From the NCBI GenBank assembly GCA_034530615.2, contig JAVRCV020000049.1, positions 128,001 to 192,000 on the forward strand: a DNA stretch of 64,000 nucleotides. Direction: 5' to 3'. Below the pieces are notes generated by a model. That model had not been told where the DNA came from. It worked only from the letters and a program-made list of their open reading frames with translations, and did not search any database. Source of the stretch: Aulosira sp. ZfuVER01. Its GTDB lineage: Bacteria > Cyanobacteriota > Cyanobacteriia > Cyanobacteriales > Nostocaceae. How positions within the stretch are numbered: position 1 is the first letter of the stretch; every line of letters begins with the position of its first letter. Made by a program: the position numbers and the translations under genes. Below are positions 31,822 through 41,753 of the stretch, one piece after another.

Positions 31822-32985
31822 ATGACAAACGAAGGGTTGCTTAACAGGCGCAGTTTCCTCTACTTAGGTTTAGGGACGGCGGCTAGCCTAGGTGCTTTGA
31901 CAATGGGCAAAGCAATAAATCCCCAGCAGCAGATTCAAGCTGTTACTCCTTTAAGAAGAGACTTCAGCGTAGTTGGGCAAACCCCGTTAAAACAACGTGC
32001 TGCTAGTAAAGGATTAATCTATGGAGCAGATTGCGGCACTTTAAATTTACAATCCAATCCTGAGCTAGCCAAGGTTGTAGCTAGAGAGTGTGCCATGTTA
32101 GTGGCAGGGTTTCTTAAGTGGAATCTCATACGTCCCTCGGCCAATAGTTTTAATTTTAAAAGAGGCGATTGGTTTGCAGAATTTGCTCGCCAACAAGGTA
32201 TGTTGCTGCGCGGACACACTTTAGTATGGTATCAATCTTTGCCTTCCTGGTTTAAGGAGACAGTTAATCATCAAAATGCCCAGCAGTTTTTGACACAACA
32301 TATTCAGAAAGTAGTCGGTCATTATGCCGGACAAATGCACTCTTGGGATGTCGTAAATGAAGCAATTGACCCAAAAGATGGTAGATCTGATGGTTTGCGC
32401 AATAGTCCTTGGCTAAAGTTATTAGGAAAAGATTATATAGAATATGCTTTTCGCTTGGCGGCAGAAGTAGATCCCAAAGCTTTATTGGTTTACAACGACT
32501 ATGCAATAGAATATGACACCCCAGAAGATGAAGCTAAAAGAAATGCTGTTTTAAAGTTACTAGAGCGTTTGAAATCGCGGGAAGTGCCAATTCATGCATT
32601 AGGAATTCAGTCTCACTTAGATCCTCATGGCAAGAAGTTTAACTCTAAAAAGTTACAGACTTTTCTCAGTCGTGTTGCTGATATGGGGTTGAAAATTATG
32701 ATTACTGAGTTGGATGTTATAGACAAAAAACTGCCTTTAGATACTCGTATACGCGATCGCTTTGTGGCTGCAACTTATGAAGATTATTTGGCGGCAGTAT
32801 TGCAAGAGCCAGCAGTCATAGCTGTACTCAGTTGGGGAATTAGCGATCGCTATACTTGGCTAGCAGAGTATTTTCGCCGTGCTGATGGTGCGGCGGTGAG
32901 ACCTTTACCACTAGATGCCAATCTCAAACCTAAATTGGCATGGAATGCGATCGCTAGAGCTTTTGATCGTGCCCCTAAACGCTAA
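31822..32985 (+). CDS. GH10 endo-1,4-beta-xylanase-like hydrolase with Tat signal
   Basis: NRRSFL twin-arginine motif; RGHTLVW, WDVVNE (acid/base), YNDY, GIQSH, ITELDV (nucleophile), WG.SD..TW. Confidence 0.92.
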   Translation: MTNEGLLNRRSFLYLGLGTAASLGALTMGKAINPQQQIQAVTPLRRDFSVVGQTPLKQRAASKGLIYGADCGTLNLQSNPELAKVVARECAMLVAGFLKWNLIRPSANSFNFKRGDWFAEFARQQGMLLRGHTLVWYQSLPSWFKETVNHQNAQQFLTQHIQKVVGHYAGQMHSWDVVNEAIDPKDGRSDGLRNSPWLKLLGKDYIEYAFRLAAEVDPKALLVYNDYAIEYDTPEDEAKRNAVLKLLERLKSREVPIHALGIQSHLDPHGKKFNSKKLQTFLSRVADMGLKIMITELDVIDKKLPLDTRIRDRFVAATYEDYLAAVLQEPAVIAVLSWGISDRYTWLAEYFRRADGAAVRPLPLDANLKPKLAWNAIARAFDRAPKR

Positions 32986-33176
32986 GGTCAGTATTTTCAT
33001 CAATATAAACAAAGCCTTATAGATAACTTCATAGTTTTTTAATCTGATTAGTATATACTACTCATGAATAGTATTATTAATTGCAATAGTAATGCTTCAT
33101 GAAAACTTTAAGTAAGTAATTTTTGTATCTACTGCCTGAAACCTAAACTTTTTAAAATTCTATCTTGGAAAGAGCT

Positions 33177-35393
33177 ATGGAATCTAGAGAATCTATTGAT
33201 TTCGACTTGGGTCGTTACTTATCGATAGTGAAACGGCAATTTATACCTGCTGTCACTGTCTTTGCGACTACAGTAGCTCTCAGCGCTGTAGCTACAACAT
33301 TTCTGAAGCCAACCTATGAAGCAGAAGGCAAATTACTATTTAAAACTCCCTCTTTTAACGTAGTTGGATCTAATCTCCTACCTAGTGACTCTGAAGGAGG
33401 AGCATCGGGAGATTTAAAGCCTCTGGTTTCAACTCAGAATCCTATCAGTACACAAATAGAAGTTATTTCTTCGCCTATTTTGTTGCAACGGACAATAGAC
33501 GAACTAAAACTTAAAAATGAGGAAGGCGAACCACTAACAACAGAAGCACTGAAAAAAGCTATAACTCTAAAAATTGTTGGTGGTACAGATGTGTTGCTAG
33601 TTAGCTATAAAAGCCCTAACCCCGAAGAGGCGGCGGCAGTAGTCAACACCATCATGAATCTCTACTTGGAGAATGATATTCTCACAAATCGTGGCGAAGC
33701 AGAAGCAACTCGGAAATTTATGGCCAGGCAGCTGCCTAGCACTAAAAATGCTGTTCAAGAGGCAGAAGCAGCGCTACGCATATTTAAACAAAAATATAAT
33801 GTTGTCGACTTAACTGAAGAAACTAGGTCAGCAGTTGCAATTATTGGCAATTTAGATAGCGGGATCAATGCTGTAAAAGCGGATTTAGACCAAGCTACTG
33901 CTCAAACTAATGAACTGCGCAAGAAAGTAGCTCTCAGTTCACAAGAAGCCCTATCTGCAAGTAGTCTGAGTCAGTCACCCGCAGTCCAAGGAATTCTCAC
34001 ACAACTTCAAGAGGTAGATCGACAGTTAGCTACTGAACGCAGCCGTTTCCAAGATGAAAACCCTGTAATTGTTAACTTAGAAGCCAGGAAAGCAAACCTC
34101 CAAGCCCTGCTAAAACAAGAAGTTGGGCAGAATGGTGGCACTCTAGCTAATCTTCAGCAGCCAAAAACATTACAGATTGGGCCAACTAAGCAAGACCTCA
34201 TCAAAGAATTTCTGCAATCTGAAGTTCAACGCCAAGGTTTAGGGCAAAAACTGAGTTCTTTGTATAATTCTCGAAATATTTACGCGCAACGGGTAAAAGT
34301 TATACCTCAGTTGGAACAACAACAACGGGAACTACAACGGAGGCTAGAAGTTGCCCAATCTACTTACCAGACCCTCTTGAAAAAGGTTCAAGAATTACAA
34401 GTAGCGGAAAATAATAATACACCTAATGCGCGGATTATTGCTAAAGGTTTAGTTCCGACCAAGCCAGCACTAGGAGTAAAACCCTTCGTGTTAGTATTAG
34501 GCATTTTGTTAGGTACCTTTTTAGCGACTACTGCGGTTATCTTCTTAGAAACCAGAGACAGATCTCTCAAAACACTTAAGCAAATTAGAGAGGTATTTGG
34601 ATATACCTTATTGGGGATAGTTCCCTCATCTACTAAAAAGCTTCGTTCCCGTAATCGAGAGACAGAATTTATCAATTCAGAAATTGCTGTTATAGATACG
34701 CCTCACTCTTTAACTAGCGAAATTTACCGCATGATTCAGGCCAATCTGAGATTTTTAAGTTCCGATAAGGTACTGAAAACGATTGTGGTAAGTAGTGCAG
34801 TACCCAAAGAAGGTAAGTCTACAGTTTCTGCTAACTTAGCAGCCGCGATCGCTCAACTCGGACGACGTGTTTTACTAATAGATGCAGATATGCGAGTTCC
34901 TTCTCAGCATCATCTCTGGCAATTAACCAATGCAGCAGGTTTGAGCGACGTACTTGTTGGTGAGGCTGAATTTAAAACTGTTGTTTGTAACGTTATCGAG
35001 AATCTTGATGTCTTAACTGCTGGCGTTAGACCTCCTAATCCACTGGCTTTGTTAGATTCCAAACGGATGGCATCGTTAATTCAAGACTTTTCTAGCCAAT
35101 ATGATTTTGTCATTATTGATGCCCCGCCTTTGCTCCTTGGTGCTGACGCTGTAACTTTAAGCCACATGACCGATGGAATTTTGTTAGTAGCTCGTCCAGG
35201 GGTAATTGATTCCAACAGTGCTAATCATGCTAAAGAGATGTTAGAGCGCTCCGGCCACAACGTCTTAGGTTTGTTGGTCAATGGCATAGATGAGAAACAT
35301 GAGGGTACCAATGATTTTTATCATGCCAAAGAATACTTTAGTGCTGACAGAATCCCAACAGAATCAAGAATTCAAGCCAGGATACTTAATTAG
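33177..35393 (+). CDS. wzc: Wzc-type polysaccharide co-polymerase / BY-kinase
   Basis: Two TMs flanking a coiled-coil periplasmic region; SSAVPKEGKS Walker A, IDAD, IIDAPP. Confidence 0.92.
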   Translation: MESRESIDFDLGRYLSIVKRQFIPAVTVFATTVALSAVATTFLKPTYEAEGKLLFKTPSFNVVGSNLLPSDSEGGASGDLKPLVSTQNPISTQIEVISSPILLQRTIDELKLKNEEGEPLTTEALKKAITLKIVGGTDVLLVSYKSPNPEEAAAVVNTIMNLYLENDILTNRGEAEATRKFMARQLPSTKNAVQEAEAALRIFKQKYNVVDLTEETRSAVAIIGNLDSGINAVKADLDQATAQTNELRKKVALSSQEALSASSLSQSPAVQGILTQLQEVDRQLATERSRFQDENPVIVNLEARKANLQALLKQEVGQNGGTLANLQQPKTLQIGPTKQDLIKEFLQSEVQRQGLGQKLSSLYNSRNIYAQRVKVIPQLEQQQRELQRRLEVAQSTYQTLLKKVQELQVAENNNTPNARIIAKGLVPTKPALGVKPFVLVLGILLGTFLATTAVIFLETRDRSLKTLKQIREVFGYTLLGIVPSSTKKLRSRNRETEFINSEIAVIDTPHSLTSEIYRMIQANLRFLSSDKVLKTIVVSSAVPKEGKSTVSANLAAAIAQLGRRVLLIDADMRVPSQHHLWQLTNAAGLSDVLVGEAEFKTVVCNVIENLDVLTAGVRPPNPLALLDSKRMASLIQDFSSQYDFVIIDAPPLLLGADAVTLSHMTDGILLVARPGVIDSNSANHAKEMLERSGHNVLGLLVNGIDEKHEGTNDFYHAKEYFSADRIPTESRIQARILN

Positions 35394-35449
35394 CTTCATA
35401 GCTTTGGGATCTCTCTGCTAGTAACTTTTAAAACATAATCAATTTCATC

Positions 35450-35485
35450 GCTGAGACTGTAATTTTTTGCAGTCTCAGCTTTTTT
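35450..35485 (+). terminator. Intrinsic terminator after the EPS cluster
   Basis: GCTGAGACTG...CAGTCTCAGC followed by TTTTTT. Confidence 0.8.
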
Positions 35486-35750
35486 AGGTTTATTTCTTGT
35501 TATTTGACTATAGATGATGACGTGGCGAAACTTCATTTTGAGAGGGTTTCGCCACAATTTAATGGTGGAAGATCTACCTCAACATTGCTGTTCCTGCTCC
35601 TGGCGTTCACAATCAAGCAATATTCTTCCAGATTTTTGCGGAATGTATCATACTACTCTGGAAGTCAATGTTGCGATTTAAACTTTAGCAATTGCTACCT
35701 ACTTCAATGGTTAGCGCTAGGATATCTATGTCTTTTTTCGCAGTATAAAT

Positions 35751-37400
35751 ATGGCGCAAAATTTTTACGTAAATCCAGGGACTGGCAGTGATAGCAACGC
35801 TGGTAGCCAACAAGCACCCTTCAAAACGATTGCCCAAGCCCTCAAGGTTGCTACTCCAGGCAGCAAAATTCAACTGGCAGACGGTAATTACAATGCAACT
35901 ACTGGTGAAGTCTTCCCTCTAACTGTTCCATCTGACGTTACAGTAGTGGGTAACGAAGCCAACAAAGGCAGCAGCGTTGTGATTGAAGGTAGCGGTAACT
36001 ACCTCAGCCGTACATTTGCTGGACAAAACGTTACCTTCGTCCTACTCAATGGTGCACAACTGCGGGGAGTCAGTGTAACAAATAAAGCTAGCCGTGGTTC
36101 TGCTGTCTGGGTTGAATCCAGTACCCCCACCGTTGCCAATAGTACCTTCAGCAATTCCAACCGCGAAGGAGTCTTTGCTACTGGCGATGCTAATCCAGTT
36201 ATTCTCGGTAATGTGTTCTCAGAGAATGCTGCCAATGGTGTTTCAATAGCTAAAAATTCCAAAGGGGAAATTAAAGGTAATACCTTCTTCAAAACAGGTT
36301 ATGGTATTGCCATTAGTGATACTGCATCACCCACCATTGTAGATAACAAAATTTCCGAAAACCGTTCTGGGATTGTTGTCTCTGGTACTGCGCGTCCGAT
36401 TCTGCGTAATAATATCAGTGAAAAAAATACAGATGATGGTCTCACAGTGATTGCAAGTGCCTTCCCAGATTTGGGTAGTGCTGATAATCCAGGAGGTAAC
36501 GTCCTACGCAACAACGGTAAGTTTGATTTGCAAAATGCTGGTAGCAACACACTGATTTCTGTCGGCAATCAAATAGATCCGACTAAAATATCGGGCAAAA
36601 TTGAGTTTGCTTCTACGCCGATCCCTACGCCAACACCAACTCCCACGCCAACTCCTATACCTGTACCTACGCCAACACCAACTCCTACGCCTACGCCAGG
36701 GCCTACACCTACTCCTATACCTGTACCTGTACCAACACCTACGCCTACCCCTACACCAACACCTACGCCTACCCCTACACCTACGCCTACCCCTACACCT
36801 ACACCTACGCCTACGCCAGCACCCAGCGACTTAACAGACATTGGTAATCATTGGGCAGCTGCATTTATTCGAGAACTAGTCAAACAGGGCATAGTTAGCG
36901 GTTTTCCCAATCGCACATTTAAACCCGATGCTACGATGACAAGGGCACAATATGCTGCCTTACTAGTCAAAGCTTTCAACCCATCCCCAAACCGTGCAGC
37001 TACCAAATTCAAAGATGTGCCAGCAGACTTTTGGGCAGCAAAGGTAATTCAGCAAGCATATCAAGGTTTGTTTCTCTCGGGTTTTCCTGATGGTAGCTTC
37101 CACCCCAACCAAAATATCCAGCGCGTGCAAGTTATAGTCTCTCTGGTAAATGGATTGGGATTATCTGGTAGTGGTACAACTGCTTACAAATTTGACGATC
37201 AAGCCAAGATTCCTGACTATGCCAAGGATGAAGTAGCAAAAGCGATAGATAAGCGGATTATTGTCAATTATCCGAATCCAAAACAACTCAACCCTACCCG
37301 CGATGCTACACGCGCTGAGGTAGCGGCGATAGTTTATCAAGCTTTAGTAGATGCAGATCGTGTAGCGGCGATTAACTCGCCTTATATCGTAGTTGGTTAA
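35751..37400 (+). CDS. DUF1565 parallel beta-helix - Pro/Thr linker - SLH domain surface protein
   Basis: YVNP.TGSD...G....PFKTI..AL; repeated N...G.. beta-helix rungs; three SLH repeats (GFP..TFKPD..MTRAQ.A, IQRVQ, ATRAEVA). Confidence 0.88.
   Translation: MAQNFYVNPGTGSDSNAGSQQAPFKTIAQALKVATPGSKIQLADGNYNATTGEVFPLTVPSDVTVVGNEANKGSSVVIEGSGNYLSRTFAGQNVTFVLLNGAQLRGVSVTNKASRGSAVWVESSTPTVANSTFSNSNREGVFATGDANPVILGNVFSENAANGVSIAKNSKGEIKGNTFFKTGYGIAISDTASPTIVDNKISENRSGIVVSGTARPILRNNISEKNTDDGLTVIASAFPDLGSADNPGGNVLRNNGKFDLQNAGSNTLISVGNQIDPTKISGKIEFASTPIPTPTPTPTPTPIPVPTPTPTPTPTPGPTPTPIPVPVPTPTPTPTPTPTPTPTPTPTPTPTPTPTPAPSDLTDIGNHWAAAFIRELVKQGIVSGFPNRTFKPDATMTRAQYAALLVKAFNPSPNRAATKFKDVPADFWAAKVIQQAYQGLFLSGFPDGSFHPNQNIQRVQVIVSLVNGLGLSGSGTTAYKFDDQAKIPDYAKDEVAKAIDKRIIVNYPNPKQLNPTRDATRAEVAAIVYQALVDADRVAAINSPYIVVG
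36615..36824 (+). repeat. Coding hexamer repeat (CCNACN) giving a ~70-aa Pro-Thr linker
   Basis: cctacgccaacaccaactcccacg... translates to (PT)n with PIPVP interruptions. Confidence 0.95.
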
Positions 37401-37409
37401 TTTCTATAC

Positions 37410-37471
37410 ATAGCCGACAGGTTAAAGCCTGCGGCTATACGAACTCAAGGGCGGGAAAACCCCGCCCCTAC
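37410..37471. repeat. Two REP-like palindromes
   Basis: ATAGCCG.CAGG/CCTGCGGCTAT (37410-37438) and GGGCGGG-AAAAC-CCCGCCCCTAC (37449-37471). Confidence 0.65.
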
Positions 37472-37506
37472 AAATGCATCTCTCGAATTATTTTTAAAGT
37501 TTTAGA

Positions 37507-37695
37507 TTACACTAATTCCTCTGGGTTAACATTTAATTGTTTTAGTTGAGCAGTCAAGTGTTGCGATCGCTCCCATCCTGTCAGCAGCAAATTACCGTGA
37601 TTATCCCACTAACGCAACCAAGGCAATTCTAAATTCTGATAGAGACCTTGCCAAATTCCTAATTCCACACCCATCGGTTCAATGGGGTAATGTCC
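37507..37695 (-). pseudogene. C-terminal remnant of a Uma2-family gene with an internal stop
   Basis: Manual translation GHYPIEPMGVELGIWQGLYQNLELPWLR*WDNHGNLLLTGWERSQHLTAQLKQLNVNPEELV; no N-terminal part present. Confidence 0.75.
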
Positions 37696-37738
37696 TTATC
37701 GTAAACATCGCTCGCTTTTCACTTTATCCAGATTATCC

Positions 37739-38143
37739 TTATGTGATCGTCCAATTCTCTAAATTAATTCCTTGAATTCTCAATAAATCAGAATCATTAG
37801 AAACTAGAATTAAGCCCCGTATAATTGCTGTAACTGCAATCAATATATCTTGTTCTTGTATGGTCAAACCCCTGCGTTGTAAATCGACATGAATTTGGCA
37901 GGCTTGTTCAATAATATCTATATCATCCAAAAATAAAATTTCATATCTTTCCTGAAATTGCTCAAATTCCGCTAGCTGTTTTGTAGCATTTGCATATAAA
38001 AGTCCTCTTTTAACTTCATAATAAGTTATGCAACTAATGAATATTTTTTGCCCTGCAATATTGGCATTACGTAATCTCTTCTCAACAGTTGTGTGTCTTT
38101 TAAGAATGTAACTAACAATATTTGTATCTAGTAAATAAGTCAC
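37739..38143 (-). CDS. vapC: VapC-family PIN-domain toxin
   Basis: YLLDTNIVS, E42-like YYEV..G, D.LIA.TA, LVSNDSD. Confidence 0.9.
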   Translation of the reverse strand: MTYLLDTNIVSYILKRHTTVEKRLRNANIAGQKIFISCITYYEVKRGLLYANATKQLAEFEQFQERYEILFLDDIDIIEQACQIHVDLQRRGLTIQEQDILIAVTAIIRGLILVSNDSDLLRIQGINLENWTIT

Positions 38144-38148
38144 TTTGT

Positions 38149-38355
38149 TTATTTGCGCTTTACTGCTTCATCGTACATTTTGATTTGTTCTGGGGTCAAA
38201 TCATTTAACGTACCAGAGACAGCCTCTAAAACGAGAATTTTATCAATTCTATTTGTTAAATCACCATCTTTAATCGCTTGCATTTCCTCTAGAGAAAGCT
38301 TGCCAAACAGGTCTACTAGCATTTCAATCATTTCCCATTTTTTTAATTTCACCAA
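38149..38355 (-). CDS. Putative antitoxin (68 aa)
   Basis: Small helical ORF ending 5 nt upstream of vapC on the same strand. Confidence 0.6.
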   Translation of the reverse strand: MVKLKKWEMIEMLVDLFGKLSLEEMQAIKDGDLTNRIDKILVLEAVSGTLNDLTPEQIKMYDEAVKRK

Positions 38356-38624
38356 ATATAAGCTATTTTTTTAAATAGGTTGTCTACTATTGGTGAGATG
38401 CGATTTAAAAGTTCTTGATTGTAGCTAGATATTTCTTGCATAATTATTACCAAATTATTCCATATCACGTAATTATTCTAGCAGGGTGACTTAGTTGTAT
38501 ATTGCCTAGGCAACCAAACCGACAGATGGAATTTAACGAATCTTTATCTCCGTTACGTATTTATTTGGTAGCAACCAGCCAAAAAAGCAAATAAGCTGAA
38601 AAAAGTTATTAAGAGTTCAAAAGC

Positions 38625-38828
38625 GTGGATATCATTCAAAATCTCAATGAAGCAGCTGCCTTTGCCACAGTAGGGGCAATAGTTGGCGTTACGGTATACC
38701 ACAGTATTGGAGGTGCTGGTTTAGCAATTGGAGGAACTGCTTATGCAATAGGTTTAGTAGGATTCGCTGGAACTGGTGCTGTTGGTGGATTAGCTGTTTA
38801 CAGTATGAAAAAGTCAGTCCTTGGTTAA
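38625..38828 (+). CDS. Small Gly/Ala-rich hydrophobic (glycine-zipper-like) protein
   Basis: GAIVG, GGAGLAIGG, GTGAVGG GxxxG-type arrays; GTG start. Confidence 0.6.
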   Translation: MDIIQNLNEAAAFATVGAIVGVTVYHSIGGAGLAIGGTAYAIGLVGFAGTGAVGGLAVYSMKKSVLG

Positions 38829-38928
38829 TGAAGCTTTGCTGTTAAAGAATTTTTTAGCTTTACTATTGAGTTGATTCGCAGCATGAATTTCCAATTACTT
38901 TCTTTACAACTTTTTTAAGGATAATGTA

Positions 38929-39261
38929 ATGATATTTGATATATATAAGCTTACTAAAGAAATTATCAAAGATACTAATGAGATATTCGGACATAGTCAT
39001 AAAGATGATTTGGGAGAAACAGTTTTACGTGACAGCCATAACCGAGAATGGAAAGTAAAAGTACGCTATTCAAGCAAACGAGGACGTTATCTTAAAATTT
39101 ATTCCTACCCAGATGGCAAGAAAAAGCTCAGAGCATCAGCCGATCAATATAAATATTATTTACGAATTACTCCTGATGAATGGGAATGGTTTTGTCGGGC
39201 AGCAGAAGGGCTACAGAATTCTCAGGTTACGGCTGTTTTAGACAGGTTAGTAGGAATATAG
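38929..39261 (+). CDS. Hypothetical basic/aromatic protein (110 aa)
   Basis: AAGGA RBS before ATG; plausible globular composition. Confidence 0.65.
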   Translation: MIFDIYKLTKEIIKDTNEIFGHSHKDDLGETVLRDSHNREWKVKVRYSSKRGRYLKIYSYPDGKKKLRASADQYKYYLRITPDEWEWFCRAAEGLQNSQVTAVLDRLVGI

Positions 39262-39297
39262 GGCAACAGCAATCTCAAAATTAGTTGCGATAAAGGG

Positions 39298-39324
39298 GTA
39301 GGGGCACAGCATTGCTGTGCCCTA
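39298..39324. repeat. GTAG-type REP palindrome
   Basis: GTAGGGGCACAGCA-T-TGCTGTGCCCTA. Confidence 0.7.
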
Positions 39325-39388
39325 TTGTGTATTACAACCAAACGAAAACTCTATATTTGAATTGGTATAATTCTCAGTTTGAATCTGC

Positions 39389-39417
39389 AAAAAAAAGGGC
39401 GGGCAAGATGCCCACCC
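39389..39417 (-). terminator. Terminator downstream of tkt
   Basis: GGGCGGGCA/TGCCCACCC stem with an A8 run (U-tract on the minus strand). Confidence 0.65.
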
Positions 39418-39450
39418 CACAAGAAAATTAAGAGAATATTCTGTTACTAA

Positions 39451-41463
39451 TTAACCCAACAATGCTTTTGCTTTAGCTAACACATTCTCAACGCTAAAGC
39501 CAAACTTCTCTAAACAAACGTTGCCAGGAGCAGAAGCACCAAAGCGATCGATGCTGACAACATCGCCTTCGGTTCCGACATACTTGTGCCAGCCGAAACT
39601 AGAACCAGCTTCTACAGACAAGCGCTTGGTGACAGCTTTTGGTAGGACAGATTCTTTGTAAGCTGCATCTTGTGCTTCAAACAAATCCCATGCAGGTAAG
39701 GAAACTACACGCACTTTCTTACCTTCGGCGGTGAGTTTTTCCGCAGCAGTGACAGCGAGGCTCAATTCTGAACCAGTACCAATGAGGATAATATCTGGTG
39801 TACCTTGGCTATCCACTACTATATATCCACCCTTGGTTACACCTTCAATTGATGTACCTGCCAAGTTGGGGACATTTTGACGGGTGAACGCCAACAAAGT
39901 AGGAGCATTTGCCTTTGCTCTCTCAATTGCCACTTTGTATGCACCGGAAGTTTCTGTTCCGTCTGCGGGGCGAATCACTGTGAGGTTAGGAATAGCACGC
40001 AGGGAAGCCAGTGTTTCTATGGGTTGGTGGGTGGGGCCGTCTTCACCTTGTCCAATAGAGTCGTGGGTCATTACCCAAATACCACCGGCTTGAGACAAGG
40101 CAGATAAGCGGATGGGTGCCCGCATATAATCTGTGAAGATTAAGAAGGTAGCGCCGTAGGGAATTAAGCCCGAACCGTGCAACGCTATACCATTGACAAT
40201 TGCACCCATACCATGTTCCCGTACACCATAGTGGATGTTGGGGTTTTGGTATTGTCCTTTTTGGAAGTCGCCCTTACCCTTGATCTCGGTCAAGTTGGAG
40301 TGGGTTAAGTCAGCAGAACCACCAATAAGTTCAGGTAAAACTGCCGCTATTTTGTTGAGGCAAGTTTCTGAGTGTTTGCGGGTAGGTAGTCCTTTGTCTT
40401 CGGGGGTGTAGGTGGGTAGTACTTTATCCCAACCGTCAGGTAGTTTGCCACTGAGGTAACGTTCAAATTCAGCGGCTTCTTGGGGATACTTAGCTTTGTA
40501 CTCAGCATAAGCCTTGTTCCAGTCAGCTTCGTAGCCTGCGCCACGCTCAACTGCTTTGCGGGTGTGGTTGAGAGCGTCTTGAGGAACAACAAAAGGCTCG
40601 TATTCCCAACCCAAGTTTTTCCGAGTTAATGCTACTTCGTCTGTACCCAAGGCAGCACCGTGAACACCAGCGGTGTTGGCTTTGTTGGGGGAACCGTAAC
40701 CGATGGTAGTTGTGACCTTAATAAAAGAAGGCTTATCGGTGACAGCTTTGGCTGCTTCAATTGCTTTAGCGATCGCATCTAAATCGGTGTTACCATCTTC
40801 AACGTGTTGGACGTGCCAACCGTAGGCTTCAAACCGCTTAGAAACATCTTCGGTGAACGCTACATCTGTAGAACCATCGATGGAGATGTGGTTGTCGTCG
40901 TACAGAGCGATGAGTTTGCCTAATCCCAAGTGCCCAGCGAAAGAACAAGCTTCACCAGAAACGCCTTCCATGTTGCAACCATCACCCAAAATTACGTAGG
41001 TGTAATGGTCAACTATTTTGGCATCGGGTTTGTTGAATTTAGCTGCAAGGTGGGCTTCTGCGATTGCAAAACCAACTCCATTGGCAATTCCTTGACCGAG
41101 TGGCCCGGTAGTAACTTCTACACCAGGAGTCATGAAGTTTTCTGGGTGTCCGGGGGTTTTGGATTCCCACTGACGGAATTGCTTGATGTCCTCAATAGTT
41201 ACGCTGTCGTAACCATAGAGGTAGAGCAGGGCATACTGCAACATGGAGCCGTGCCCAGCAGATAAAATAAAGCGATCGCGGTTAAACCAGTGGGGATTCT
41301 TGGGGTTAAACCGCATAAAGCGGTCCCAAACGACAAAAGCCATCGGAGCAGCGCCCATCGGCAGCCCTGGGTGTCCCGATTTTGCTTTTTCTACGGCATC
41401 AATAGCCAAAAAGCGAATCGAGTTAATAGATAGTTCTTCGAGGGATTGGGTTGCAACAGCCAT
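39451..41463 (-). CDS. tkt: Transketolase
   Basis: [24 protein letters not shown] motif, [15 protein letters not shown]. Confidence 0.98.
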   Translation of the reverse strand: MAVATQSLEELSINSIRFLAIDAVEKAKSGHPGLPMGAAPMAFVVWDRFMRFNPKNPHWFNRDRFILSAGHGSMLQYALLYLYGYDSVTIEDIKQFRQWESKTPGHPENFMTPGVEVTTGPLGQGIANGVGFAIAEAHLAAKFNKPDAKIVDHYTYVILGDGCNMEGVSGEACSFAGHLGLGKLIALYDDNHISIDGSTDVAFTEDVSKRFEAYGWHVQHVEDGNTDLDAIAKAIEAAKAVTDKPSFIKVTTTIGYGSPNKANTAGVHGAALGTDEVALTRKNLGWEYEPFVVPQDALNHTRKAVERGAGYEADWNKAYAEYKAKYPQEAAEFERYLSGKLPDGWDKVLPTYTPEDKGLPTRKHSETCLNKIAAVLPELIGGSADLTHSNLTEIKGKGDFQKGQYQNPNIHYGVREHGMGAIVNGIALHGSGLIPYGATFLIFTDYMRAPIRLSALSQAGGIWVMTHDSIGQGEDGPTHQPIETLASLRAIPNLTVIRPADGTETSGAYKVAIERAKANAPTLLAFTRQNVPNLAGTSIEGVTKGGYIVVDSQGTPDIILIGTGSELSLAVTAAEKLTAEGKKVRVVSLPAWDLFEAQDAAYKESVLPKAVTKRLSVEAGSSFGWHKYVGTEGDVVSIDRFGASAPGNVCLEKFGFSVENVLAKAKALLG

Positions 41464-41753
41464 AATCTCTTGTTGTTAACGACGGGTTAGCACTCTTGGT
41501 AGCTCACTTACCGGGGAGGCAAAAAGGGGCGTGGATTTTCCTTTCCCTTTATTGCCGTGTTGTTTTCACATTCCCCCTATCTTCATCATCCCATTCCCGA
41601 TTGTTGATGGACAAGCGGGATATGTTGAGTTTCCGGTGATAAATCCAGCTAATAATTGGGTCGTTTTGAACCCTTAGTTTAGTTGGAAATGACATCTAAG
41701 ACACTTTTCCCAGCTATTTCAGCAGCGTGACCAGCTGCTCGATGGGGAATTTT

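Noticed and set aside
35504..35791. 95-aa ORF upstream of the SLH gene
   Set aside because: TTG start, different frame from the SLH gene, spans hairpins; no supporting motif.
36569..36841. Gly-Val repeat ORF (minus strand) and Leu/His/Arg ORF (alternate frame)
   Set aside because: Shadow frames of the Pro-Thr linker.
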